IMG/VR virus record: IMGVR_UViG_3300025646_005550 | Coordinates: 1-46,604 of that record | Length of the DNA stretch: 46,604 nucleotides | DNA from: a virus | Lineage: Duplodnaviria; Caudoviricetes | Strand: one strand, 5' to 3' | In this document: positions 35,981 through 43,743 of the stretch, one piece after another | Layout of the letters: each line of letters opens with the position of its first letter | Numbering within the stretch: position 1 is the first letter of the stretch | The notes under the pieces: generated by a model | What the model was told of the DNA's origin: nothing | Databases searched by the model: none | What the model saw: only the letters and a program-made list of their open reading frames with translations | Translations under genes and position numbers: made by a program

Positions 35981-36834
35981 TCGTAACCATACTCCTTTTT
36001 CATTTCATTGAAGACTGCAGCAATTCCCTTATCTATACCAGTCTTAGGCATCCACCATCCAGTAATATAAGTATCTGCTTCGTTTCTTTTATCCATCTGA
36101 ACACTATCTTTTGCAAGACCCGGTTTAATCCTAACGTCATATTTTTCGATAAGATTGAACTGACCTTGAATAGTTTCTGCAACTTCTTTAATTGAAGTAG
36201 ATCTAAAGGAAGTAATATGAAGGGGATCTTCCGGTTTGAAGTCGGTATAGTTCTCCATAATAGTCTCAAGAGCTTCACAACAGTCCTCAGCATACAAGAA
36301 TTGACGTTCCTCTGTACCATCAGTAAGCATCTCAAACTCACCTTCCTCAAATCCTCTACGAATAAAGTCAGTGATTACGTGAGACTTTTCATGATCTTTC
36401 TCAATACCATATACATTCCAGAACTTAACCGTAAGTCCTTTCAGTGCAGTAGTGTAAAGTTCACCAACCCTCTTCATCACACCATATGGAGAGTAACTCA
36501 TGTTACTCATCTGGGAAGATGCAAATACAAATCTCTTATTATACTTTTCAAGAAGACCAAAAACATTGGCCATCAATCTGGCATTATTATTAATGAACTC
36601 AAATGTGTTCTGGTATTTTTTGAGATAACGGGAACCACCCACATCAAATGCAAGGAAGAAAACAAAGTCTGCAGTCTCAATTGCATTCTCAAGATATTGA
36701 TTTGGGATTACAGTCATATCATGATTAGGCGTTTCAACCTTATCAAAGTCAATAACTACATGACCCTTCTTACGAAGATACTCTGAAAGATAGGCACCGA
36801 TTTGCCCACTTGAACCTAGATTTAGAATTTTCAT
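35977..36834 (-). CDS. NAD-dependent epimerase/dehydratase
   Basis: GSSGQIG, YGVMK (YxxxK), NVYG. Confidence 0.9.
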   Translation of the reverse strand: MKILNLGSSGQIGAYLSEYLRKKGHVVIDFDKVETPNHDMTVIPNQYLENAIETADFVFFLAFDVGGSRYLKKYQNTFEFINNNARLMANVFGLLEKYNKRFVFASSQMSNMSYSPYGVMKRVGELYTTALKGLTVKFWNVYGIEKDHEKSHVITDFIRRGFEEGEFEMLTDGTEERQFLYAEDCCEALETIMENYTDFKPEDPLHITSFRSTSIKEVAETIQGQFNLIEKYDVRIKPGLAKDSVQMDKRNEADTYITGWWMPKTGIDKGIAAVFNEMKKEYGYE

Positions 36835-37403
36835 CAGACAATAGTAATTTGGTGTACATTTCCGAAGTTAACAATACCAGTACCACTCATATGGGCAATT
36901 TCAGTTACATCAAACTTCTCTTCGGGAATCTCATCCCACATAAGTTGAATGTCGGGCCAATCAGGACCAATATCGTCATGAATTAGAATTCCTTTCCAAC
37001 CTTTTTCACGAAGCCAATCCATCATAACACGTTCTTGATCTCCATCATGAGGATCGACATCAATCATAACGATAGGAATATTATCCCAATCAAGATCTTC
37101 ATCTTCCATGAAGTTCATAATCTTCCATGTGATGTTATCTTTTTGAATTGAACTTGCACCCTGTTCAACAAGATCATAACTAATCACCTGATTATTGGGA
37201 TTATAAGATAAAGCTAGGGCAGACCCGCCGGTGCGAGTACCTACATCCAAAATTGTCACCTTGTTGAAAAAGGTAGAAAGATAAGCATAAAGTTTATACT
37301 CACTTTGACCTGCAGGAAGCCAATCGTTCTGATTAAGAGACATATCCCTCAAATGACTTACATCAAGTTCTTTTACATGTTCTTTATTAATTTCGATTTT
37401 CAT
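36834..37403 (-). CDS. class I SAM-dependent methyltransferase
   Basis: LDVGTRTGGS, IDVDPH, IHDD. Confidence 0.75.
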   Translation of the reverse strand: MKIEINKEHVKELDVSHLRDMSLNQNDWLPAGQSEYKLYAYLSTFFNKVTILDVGTRTGGSALALSYNPNNQVISYDLVEQGASSIQKDNITWKIMNFMEDEDLDWDNIPIVMIDVDPHDGDQERVMMDWLREKGWKGILIHDDIGPDWPDIQLMWDEIPEEKFDVTEIAHMSGTGIVNFGNVHQITIV

Positions 37404-38451
37404 TATTCTTTCTAGTAATTTGTTCAGAAATCCAATTATATGTTTTACGAATACCTTCTTCAAGTGTTTGCTGATAATCCCATCCAAGTTCTCTACGAAT
37501 TACATCGTTGTTGGAATTACGTCCACGAACACCGAGAGGTCCATCAATGTGAATCTTTTGAACCTGTTTATTTGCAACACGAGCAGCAGTTTCTACAAGT
37601 TGATTAATGGTAACCATTTCTTCTGAACCAATGTTTACTGGTCCAATAAACTCAGAATCCATTAGTCGTCTAGACGCTTCAATGCATTCATCAATGTACA
37701 GGAAGGAACGAGTTTGTAAGCCATCTCCCCACACCTCAATGGATCCGCCTTCCTCTGGAAGGTAAGCGACTTTACGGCAGATTGCAGCTGGCGCCTTCTC
37801 TCTTCCACCGTCCCAAGTTCCTTCGGGTCCGAAGATATTGTGATAACGTGTAACGCGGACAGGAATGCCATAATTCCTATGATAAGCGAAATAGAGACGT
37901 TCAGAGAAGAGTTTCTCCCATCCATATTCAGAATCTGGGTTGGCGGGATAGGCTGATTCTTCACGGCAATCAGGGTTATCTGGATCTAGTTGATTATGTT
38001 CTGGATACATGCAAGCAGATCCAGAATAGAAAATCTTAGTAGTATTTTTACCAACTCTCTCATTCATCTGACGTTGCATTTCAAGAACGTTCAGATTGAT
38101 AGACACAGAGTTGTGCATGATGTCTGCATCATTTTCACCGGTGAAAACAAAGCCAGCGCCACCCATATCAGCAGCAAATTGATAGATTTCATCGAAAGGT
38201 TGAATGTAACGATAAGGAACATGATTGTAGAAATTACCACGATCACCTTTATATTCCAACACACGACGTACAAAATCTACGTCACGAAGATCTCCACGAA
38301 TAAATTCGTTGGCTTCATGTACAGAAAACTCAGGATATTTAAGGTCTACACCACGCACCCAATATCCTTCGGAACGCAATCTACGAACCATATGACTTCC
38401 AATAAAGCCACCAGCACCGAGAACAAGTGCCTTCTTAATATATTGACTCAT
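37387..38451 (-). CDS. NAD-dependent epimerase, GDP-mannose 3,5-epimerase-like (WcaG family)
   Basis: GAGGFIG, AADMGGAGF, SACMYP, YGWEK, HNIFGPEGTWDGGREKAPAA. Confidence 0.92.
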   Translation of the reverse strand: MSQYIKKALVLGAGGFIGSHMVRRLRSEGYWVRGVDLKYPEFSVHEANEFIRGDLRDVDFVRRVLEYKGDRGNFYNHVPYRYIQPFDEIYQFAADMGGAGFVFTGENDADIMHNSVSINLNVLEMQRQMNERVGKNTTKIFYSGSACMYPEHNQLDPDNPDCREESAYPANPDSEYGWEKLFSERLYFAYHRNYGIPVRVTRYHNIFGPEGTWDGGREKAPAAICRKVAYLPEEGGSIEVWGDGLQTRSFLYIDECIEASRRLMDSEFIGPVNIGSEEMVTINQLVETAARVANKQVQKIHIDGPLGVRGRNSNNDVIRRELGWDYQQTLEEGIRKTYNWISEQITRKNNENRN

Positions 38452-38483
38452 TTTTGATCAAAAATAATAATCTCATACTATAT

Positions 38484-38512
38484 ATTATACCAATTATAAT
38501 GTGAAATTGCAA
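38484..38512 (-). promoter_or_regulatory. sigma70-type promoter for the glycan cluster
   Basis: TTGCAA-17-TATAAT. Confidence 0.7.
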
Positions 38513-39130
38513 GAGACCTTGAAAAATACAAACAAAGTATTTCATTTTGATGGAGAGTATTTCAGTAAGTCGTATCAAATTATATCTGAGTTAGATCGAC
38601 TATCTCTCATAAAAGAATCCGAACAGTATCTGGAAACTCATAGGAAAATTGAAGAGTTACATCCACCAATAATGGCTGAAAATTTTTTTGATGATAAAAT
38701 TTTAGAGAAGGAATGTTGGAAAAATTTAACTGAAAAAGTAACTTTAGAGGCAAACAATTATAGTAAATTACATCTGGGTATTGATATAAAGTTTGAATCT
38801 TGTTGGATAAACAAGGTAGGGAACTACACAGATGTTGACATAAAAAATACTTTATATTTTGATGAAGATGTTCAATCATATACAGATAATCACTACCATT
38901 CTCATCATGAGAATCAATTAATTGGTTGCATTTTTTATTTACAAAACCCTAGTGAAAAATATGGAACTCTAATAAGGACTGAGAAAGGATCTCTTGTCCT
39001 CGATGGAACAGAAAATTCATTAACTATTTTTGATCCAAGATTGTATCACACTGCACTTGTACCTAATTCAGAAGTAACTTCAAAATATCCAAGATATGTG
39101 ATCTTAATGTCTTTTGTATCTTCATACTAA
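38501..39130 (+). CDS. 2OG-Fe(II) oxygenase-like protein; only convincing plus-strand gene
   Basis: SCWIN, HSH, IFYLQNP, distal LYH and Arg; start codon uncertain. Confidence 0.7.
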   Translation: MKLQETLKNTNKVFHFDGEYFSKSYQIISELDRLSLIKESEQYLETHRKIEELHPPIMAENFFDDKILEKECWKNLTEKVTLEANNYSKLHLGIDIKFESCWINKVGNYTDVDIKNTLYFDEDVQSYTDNHYHSHHENQLIGCIFYLQNPSEKYGTLIRTEKGSLVLDGTENSLTIFDPRLYHTALVPNSEVTSKYPRYVILMSFVSSY

Positions 39131-39154
39131 AAAAGGTGGGATCTCTCCCACCTT
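39129..39154 (-). terminator. intrinsic terminator
   Basis: GGTGGGA-gaga-TCCCACC plus T run, abutting the stop of the convergent gene. Confidence 0.85.
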
Positions 39155-39160
39155 CAAAGT

Positions 39161-39303
39161 TCAGGCTCGCCACTTGTTTTGAGTACGAGAAAACAAGAAA
39201 CTCGGCGGGGTTAACCCCATCCGCACCAGGGCACGATTAACGTCTGTCCGAGACGGGCATATTGGGGATGACTCCACCACCTAGTTTTACTTAACTAGGA
39301 AAA
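39161..39303 (-). ncRNA. wcaG/manA-type cyanophage structured RNA
   Basis: Hairpins with repeated UGGYG motifs (GUGGUGG, UGGUGCGG, GUGGCGAG); upstream of a WcaG-family epimerase. Confidence 0.7.
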
Positions 39304-39514
39304 GTTGGATTAGTTTTGGTATCTCAATAGCTGCATAAAAAGCACACAAAAAGAGAATATCCCAGAACTTATATTTGATAGCAAAGGGAACAACAAAAAT
39401 GTTTCCAATGCATTTAACAAACAATCCAATTTTCATATCTCCCCAAAGCAGGAAAAAATATCCCGATAAGAGAAGAAGATTGCCAATGTATCTGAATACA
39501 TTAGATTTTGTCAT
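39287..39514 (-). CDS. small multi-TM membrane protein
   Basis: ORF track; about three hydrophobic segments. Confidence 0.65.
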   Translation of the reverse strand: MTKSNVFRYIGNLLLLSGYFFLLWGDMKIGLFVKCIGNIFVVPFAIKYKFWDILFLCAFYAAIEIPKLIQLFLVK

Positions 39515-39540
39515 AAGGGGTTTGCTCCCGACCAGTGCTG

Positions 39541-39804
39541 TTATAGACCATCCGTGTCTTCATCATCGTCCCTTATATAACAAGGAACGCGATCCGGATC
39601 TAACCATTTCGCATATTCAATGTCTTCCATTGCAGTAGTGCATTGTAGACCATTATCAAAAAGATAAATGTCATTCCAACGTTTGGTGTAATGATCTTTC
39701 TTTTGCATTCTATAATCAGGCATACCATTTAATTCAATGATACCCTTTTGAACAAACCTATATCCTTCTCGTTCGAAAAGAACTTTAGGAAGTGTTTCAA
39801 TCAC
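39541..39804 (-). CDS. hypothetical protein
   Basis: ORF track, 87 aa. Confidence 0.75.
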   Translation of the reverse strand: MIETLPKVLFEREGYRFVQKGIIELNGMPDYRMQKKDHYTKRWNDIYLFDNGLQCTTAMEDIEYAKWLDPDRVPCYIRDDDEDTDGL

Positions 39805-40022
39805 GATACCAGAGCTCCTTCAGCTTCAAGATCTGCATAGATATAATCAATCAACATCTCATAATCATCCAGAGGATCTCCAGAGAAAATTACACCATTA
39901 GATTCATAAAACTTACGAACTTTTTTGAAGAGTTTCGGATTTTTTACATCCAGATAAGATTCTCCGTTCGCAGCAGACTTCAGAGTTTGAATGTCTTTTT
40001 TGAATTTATCAGTGAGTGACAT
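39801..40022 (-). CDS. hypothetical protein
   Basis: ORF track, 73 aa. Confidence 0.75.
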   Translation of the reverse strand: MSLTDKFKKDIQTLKSAANGESYLDVKNPKLFKKVRKFYESNGVIFSGDPLDDYEMLIDYIYADLEAEGALVS

Positions 40023-40046
40023 TTGTTTGAATTTGTTTACCTTGTT

Positions 40047-40075
40047 ATTATAGGGGATTGACTTGGAGAAGTCAA
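40047..40075 (-). promoter_or_regulatory. sigma70-type promoter
   Basis: TTGACT-17-TATAAT followed by AACAAGGTA. Confidence 0.8.
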
Positions 40076-40101
40076 TACGGACAGTTCGGTTTCTGTCCTA
40101 G

Positions 40102-40174
40102 TGCTCCTTGAGAGGATCGAACTCTCCTGAAACCGATTATGAGTCGGGTGCTTTCACCAGATAGCTAAAGGAGC
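40102..40174 (-). tRNA. tRNA with CAT anticodon (Met or Ile2)
   Basis: Cloverleaf; CCGA-CT-CAT-AA-TCGG. Confidence 0.9.
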
Positions 40175-40178
40175 AAAG

Positions 40179-40250
40179 TAGGACTGCTGAGAATTGAACT
40201 CAGTTCACACCGTTATAAGCAGTGGGCCTTAACCAATAGGCGACAGTCCC
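40179..40250 (-). tRNA. tRNA-Ile(TAT)
   Basis: Cloverleaf; CACTG-CT-TAT-AA-CGGTG. Confidence 0.9.
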
Positions 40251-40264
40251 ATGAAACCAAGTCA

Positions 40265-40293
40265 ATTATAGAAGACTTGGAACTCCTTGTCAA
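40265..40293 (-). promoter_or_regulatory. consensus sigma70 promoter for the tRNA pair
   Basis: TTGACA-17-TATAAT. Confidence 0.85.
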
Positions 40294-40460
40294 GAGGCTT
40301 CGTTATTTAACTCTGTGTATATGCGTATGAGTTCGTCATCTGCAGGAACCATCACCGCTGTACTCGATCCGTTAGTTATACCTATTCGTTCTCCACTTTC
40401 AACTCTACCAATCATTTCATCCCAACGTTGTTGAAACTCTTCCACTGTGTAAACTTGCAT
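40290..40460 (-). CDS. Phd/YefM-like small protein (56 aa)
   Basis: MQVYTVEEFQQRWDEMIGRVESGERIGITNGSSTAVMVPADDELIRIYTELNNEAS. Confidence 0.65.
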   Translation of the reverse strand: MQVYTVEEFQQRWDEMIGRVESGERIGITNGSSTAVMVPADDELIRIYTELNNEAS

Positions 40461-40469
40461 TTGTTAGTG

Positions 40470-40477
40470 TATTTATA
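40470..40477 (-). promoter_or_regulatory. T4-type late promoter
   Basis: TATAAATA 9 nt upstream of the ATG. Confidence 0.75.
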
Positions 40478-40480
40478 AAG

Positions 40481-40554
40481 TCGGAATGATAGGATTCGAA
40501 CCTACGGCCACTCGCTCCCAAAGCGAGTGCTCTACCAAACTGAGCTACATTCCG
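40481..40554 (-). tRNA. tRNA-Pro(TGG)
   Basis: Cloverleaf; CTCGC-TT-TGG-GA-GCGAG. Confidence 0.95.
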
Positions 40555-40575
40555 ATTTACTATTATATAGTAACA

Positions 40576-40725
40576 TTAATGATCGCGTTTGTCAAATGGA
40601 GCCCAATGTTGCCAGTTATATTTGTGAATTGCCCACATTCCGATGATCGGTACAACGACCAAAGCAAAACAAAGGACTCCAAGTGTGAATGGGGTTTCAA
40701 GAACCCAACGTGCAAAGTGTACCAT
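40576..40725 (-). CDS. small membrane protein (49 aa)
   Basis: MVHFARWVLETPFTLGVLCFALVVVPIIGMWAIHKYNWQHWAPFDKRDH; TGATG-coupled to ndhP. Confidence 0.65.
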   Translation of the reverse strand: MVHFARWVLETPFTLGVLCFALVVVPIIGMWAIHKYNWQHWAPFDKRDH

Positions 40726-40844
40726 CAGTGCGCGGTTCCGTTCCCATCGTAATCATCAGTATCATAATACCCTCCTTTTGTCCCAAAGTAAAGCGTTGTT
40801 AGAACAAAAGGAATTGCAACAAATAAAAGAGCTTTACCTAACAT
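40725..40844 (-). CDS. ndhP: NDH-1 subunit NdhP (39 aa)
   Basis: MLGKALLFVAIPFVLTTLYFGTKGGYYDTDDYDGNGTAH: TM helix plus FGT..G.YD.D.Y.GNG.AH tail. Confidence 0.88.
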   Translation of the reverse strand: MLGKALLFVAIPFVLTTLYFGTKGGYYDTDDYDGNGTAH

Positions 40845-41877
40845 GATGTCCCCCAAACATGTAACGCATTCCGTTTAGAACCTTGGACGCGAAAGCACCA
40901 AGACCGCGAGAATTAAATCTCTCATAGAGCGCAGTGGTGATAACAGGAGCGGGAACCCCCAGATCCACAGCGGCAGTAACTGTCCAGCGACCCTCACCGC
41001 TATCGGAAACCCCTCCAGAGAACTGTTTAAGCTCTGAGTCGCGGCGTAACACATCAGCAGTAAGATCGAGTAACCAAGACCCAACAACACTACCGCGGCG
41101 CCACAACTCAGCCACCTCAGCAACGTCAATATCATAACAGTAACTTTCTGGATCTGACATTGGTGCAACCTCAGCATCCCCTTCTTTAACATACTTGGCA
41201 CCTGCATTGGCGTTCTTAATGATGTTAAATCCTTCTGCATACGCCTGCATTATACCATACTCTATCCCATTGTGTACCATCTTCACGAAATGTCCTGCAC
41301 CTGGACCACCACAATGCAACCAACCATGTTCCGCAGAAGTTATATCCGAGTCAAACTGAGTCCTCGGGGCAGCGTTGATTCCTGGGGCAAGTGCATCAAA
41401 TATCTTTGCACAAGTGGAGACCGCAGTATTTCCGCCGCCAACCATAAGACAGTATCCACGATCCAAACCGTAAACACCACCGCTAGTGCCACAATCAATA
41501 TATTGGATACCCAACTTTGCCAACCGTTCGGCTCTTTTCCGACTGTCTTTAAAATTGCTATTGCCATGATCAATAATAATATCTCCTTCGTCACAATATC
41601 GTAGTAACTCATTGATCGTCTCCTCTACGTTTTCCGCTGGTACTACCATCATAAAAATACCCGGACCATATTTGTCCGATACTCCACTCTGTCTATGTTT
41701 TACTACTTGAGTAAGGCTTTGTATAGTAGTTGTAATACCGTTAACATATCCGTTTTCATAGGCTTCGTTTGCTTTTTCATAATTTCTCCGATAACCCCAA
41801 ACTTCTATTCCTGCTCTCATCATACGGCGAGACATTCCTTCTCCCATCCGTCCCAATCCGATAAGTCCTACTTTCAT
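40834..41877 (-). CDS. gnd: 6-phosphogluconate dehydrogenase (short type)
   Basis: GLGRMG, DCGTSGG, GHFVKMVHNGIEYG, DSGEGRW, FGGH. Confidence 0.97.
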   Translation of the reverse strand: MKVGLIGLGRMGEGMSRRMMRAGIEVWGYRRNYEKANEAYENGYVNGITTTIQSLTQVVKHRQSGVSDKYGPGIFMMVVPAENVEETINELLRYCDEGDIIIDHGNSNFKDSRKRAERLAKLGIQYIDCGTSGGVYGLDRGYCLMVGGGNTAVSTCAKIFDALAPGINAAPRTQFDSDITSAEHGWLHCGGPGAGHFVKMVHNGIEYGIMQAYAEGFNIIKNANAGAKYVKEGDAEVAPMSDPESYCYDIDVAEVAELWRRGSVVGSWLLDLTADVLRRDSELKQFSGGVSDSGEGRWTVTAAVDLGVPAPVITTALYERFNSRGLGAFASKVLNGMRYMFGGHHVR

Positions 41878-42028
41878 AATAGCAACCTTTAAATTTTTGT
41901 ACTTCGTTTATTGATAATAAAAACATCATTATAGAACCTAAAAGGAATGCAAACACAAGTTGTGGAAAATTGTAATTGCATTCATTTGCTGTTGGATCTT
42001 CCTCATCATTATGTGGATGCATACTCAT
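41777..42028 (-). CDS. membrane hypothetical protein
   Basis: ORF track; one TM segment; tail overlaps the gnd start. Confidence 0.55.
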   Translation of the reverse strand: MSMHPHNDEEDPTANECNYNFPQLVFAFLLGSIMMFLLSINEVQKFKGCYYESRTYRIGTDGRRNVSPYDESRNRSLGLSEKL

Positions 42029-42235
42029 TTAGTTCTCCCAAGACTGATATTGTTGTCTAAAATATACATCCACTTTGTTTAAATCGTCAAGATGAACATC
42101 ACAAACATAATCATGATCATCACACCACTCTAAAGCGAACGCATGAAAAGTTTCTTCACTTTTTATTTTGTTAACTCCATATGTTCTTGCAAGTGATGAC
42201 ATTACAAAGTGCCAACATTGATGTTCAGGTTTCAT
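42029..42235 (-). CDS. hypothetical protein
   Basis: ORF track. Confidence 0.65.
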   Translation of the reverse strand: MKPEHQCWHFVMSSLARTYGVNKIKSEETFHAFALEWCDDHDYVCDVHLDDLNKVDVYFRQQYQSWEN

Positions 42236-42393
42236 GATCTAGTTGGAACATACCCACTATCTTTAACAAATTCGTCTAGGATCTCACCATACTCCTTAAA
42301 CCTGCGATCTCCTGCAATAAAACATCTCTGTCTCATCCAAATTGCATCAGCTAAAAGTTTAACTTGTTCTTCTGTAAATGTGAATTCCTTCAT
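42232..42393 (-). CDS. hypothetical protein (53 aa)
   Basis: MKEFTFTEEQVKLLADAIWMRQRCFIAGDRRFKEYGEIL...; GGAG RBS. Confidence 0.7.
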   Translation of the reverse strand: MKEFTFTEEQVKLLADAIWMRQRCFIAGDRRFKEYGEILDEFVKDSGYVPTRS

Positions 42394-42405
42394 TTTTTAC
42401 TCCGA

Positions 42406-43065
42406 TTAGTTTTGTTTTTGAACCGAATCCCAGTCTTTCTGGAATTGTTCTAGACCTTTCTCTGTCATAATGTTTTTATACATACCCCAGAAAACTACTG
42501 GTGGAATAGTTACCACATCAGCACCAAACAAGGCACACTTCTCAACTTGTCGTACATCACGAACTGATGCACCAAGAATCTGGGTGGTAGTGAACCTACC
42601 ATTTCCAGTGTATACTTCACGAATGTTCTTGATAAGTTCAAGACCATCTACAGAGTTATCTTCCCACCTACCAACGAATGGTGAGATATATGCAGCTCCA
42701 GCCTTCTCTGCAAGGATTGCCTGTGCGACTGAGAACACCAAAGTCACATTGACCTTATAACCAGCAATGGTAAGTGCAAGACAGGCCTTAAGACCTTCTA
42801 CAGTACAGGGAACTTTGATAGTAACGTTCCAAAGTCCTTGAAATGCGTTTGCTTGATCAATCATTTCCTCTGCAGTATCAGCAACAACCTCTGCAGAGAT
42901 TGATTCTAATTGCGGAAATGTAGATTGAATTTCTTTAATGACTTCGATTGGATCACGACCACTCTTTTTAATTAAAGTTGGATTTGTCGTTACTCCATTC
43001 AAAAGGCCAGTTTCATAAACTGGCCGGATCATGTCAACTTCTGCAGTGTCTAAAAATATTCTCAT
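42406..43065 (-). CDS. talC: transaldolase (TalC/Fsa type)
   Basis: IFLDTA, GVTTNPT, IKVP, NVTLVFS, YISPFVGR. Confidence 0.97.
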   Translation of the reverse strand: MRIFLDTAEVDMIRPVYETGLLNGVTTNPTLIKKSGRDPIEVIKEIQSTFPQLESISAEVVADTAEEMIDQANAFQGLWNVTIKVPCTVEGLKACLALTIAGYKVNVTLVFSVAQAILAEKAGAAYISPFVGRWEDNSVDGLELIKNIREVYTGNGRFTTTQILGASVRDVRQVEKCALFGADVVTIPPVVFWGMYKNIMTEKGLEQFQKDWDSVQKQN

Positions 43066-43073
43066 GTTTTTTC

Positions 43074-43163
43074 TTAAAAAGGATAGGCATGGGTCAATCC
43101 CCAAAAAACAAATAGTCCTATGGTTCCAAATATGACCAAAGTATATAGAGTCAGACTATTCAT
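43074..43163 (-). CDS. 29-aa TM peptide, candidate NdhQ-like
   Basis: MNSLTLYTLVIFGTIGLFVFWGLTHAYPF; GGGGAG RBS. Confidence 0.5.
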   Translation of the reverse strand: MNSLTLYTLVIFGTIGLFVFWGLTHAYPF

Positions 43164-43288
43164 CACATATCTCCCCCGTTACGAAATCCTACTATGTAAC
43201 CAATAATAAGGCCGCACATGAATGCAATAAGCATGTAAAGCATATCAGATACAAAGTTGATAAAAATCAACCAATCATTCGTCGTCAT
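43163..43288 (-). CDS. small membrane peptide (41 aa)
   Basis: MTTNDWLIFINFVSDMLYMLIAFMCGLIIGYIVGFRNGGDM. Confidence 0.6.
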   Translation of the reverse strand: MTTNDWLIFINFVSDMLYMLIAFMCGLIIGYIVGFRNGGDM

Positions 43289-43385
43289 CTTCATAGGTGC
43301 ATGGTTCTTCAAAGAGTTCATTCATTTTTTGTTGAAGAACTCTTTCTTGTAGTTCTTTTAAATCTTCTTCAGTTAAAATGGTCAT
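43275..43385 (-). CDS. small acidic peptide (36 aa)
   Basis: MTILTEEDLKELQERVLQQKMNELFEEPCTYEDDDE; ATGA-coupled. Confidence 0.6.
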   Translation of the reverse strand: MTILTEEDLKELQERVLQQKMNELFEEPCTYEDDDE

Positions 43386-43561
43386 TTATCTTTGAGTAGT
43401 TCTTCTATTCTTTTACGCATATTTGAACTGTCTTGTTTCAAATAATCACGAAGAGAATATCCCCTTTTACCTCTCATAATACATGTCCCTTGATAGAACA
43501 TTGTACCAGCAAATACTAATAGAAAAACGATACCTATTATTTCAGGGTAATGTTGAGCCAT
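43382..43561 (-). CDS. small membrane protein (59 aa)
   Basis: MAQHYPEIIGIVFLLVFAGTMFYQGTCIMRGKRGYSLRDYL... Confidence 0.6.
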   Translation of the reverse strand: MAQHYPEIIGIVFLLVFAGTMFYQGTCIMRGKRGYSLRDYLKQDSSNMRKRIEELLKDK

Positions 43562-43743
43562 GGTAGTACGGGGGGAATAACACCAATAAGTCTTAGCAAT
43601 CCTTCAGCAAATAAAGCAAGGACCACCCAACCAACGCACATAGAAATAATGGAAGCATTTCTATTGTGCCTTCGTATAGCAGCATCAATCATCTCCTGAA
43701 CTTCAGATCGACTTACATACTCTTCATCAAAAGGTTCCATCAT
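43537..43743 (-). CDS. small membrane protein
   Basis: ORF track; EMIDAAIRRHNRNA followed by a TM segment. Confidence 0.7.
   Translation of the reverse strand: MMEPFDEEYVSRSEVQEMIDAAIRRHNRNASIISMCVGWVVLALFAEGLLRLIGVIPPVLPWLNITLK

Noticed and set aside
40834-43065. zwf next to gnd
   Set aside because: No glucose-6-phosphate dehydrogenase ORF in the window; it could lie elsewhere in the genome
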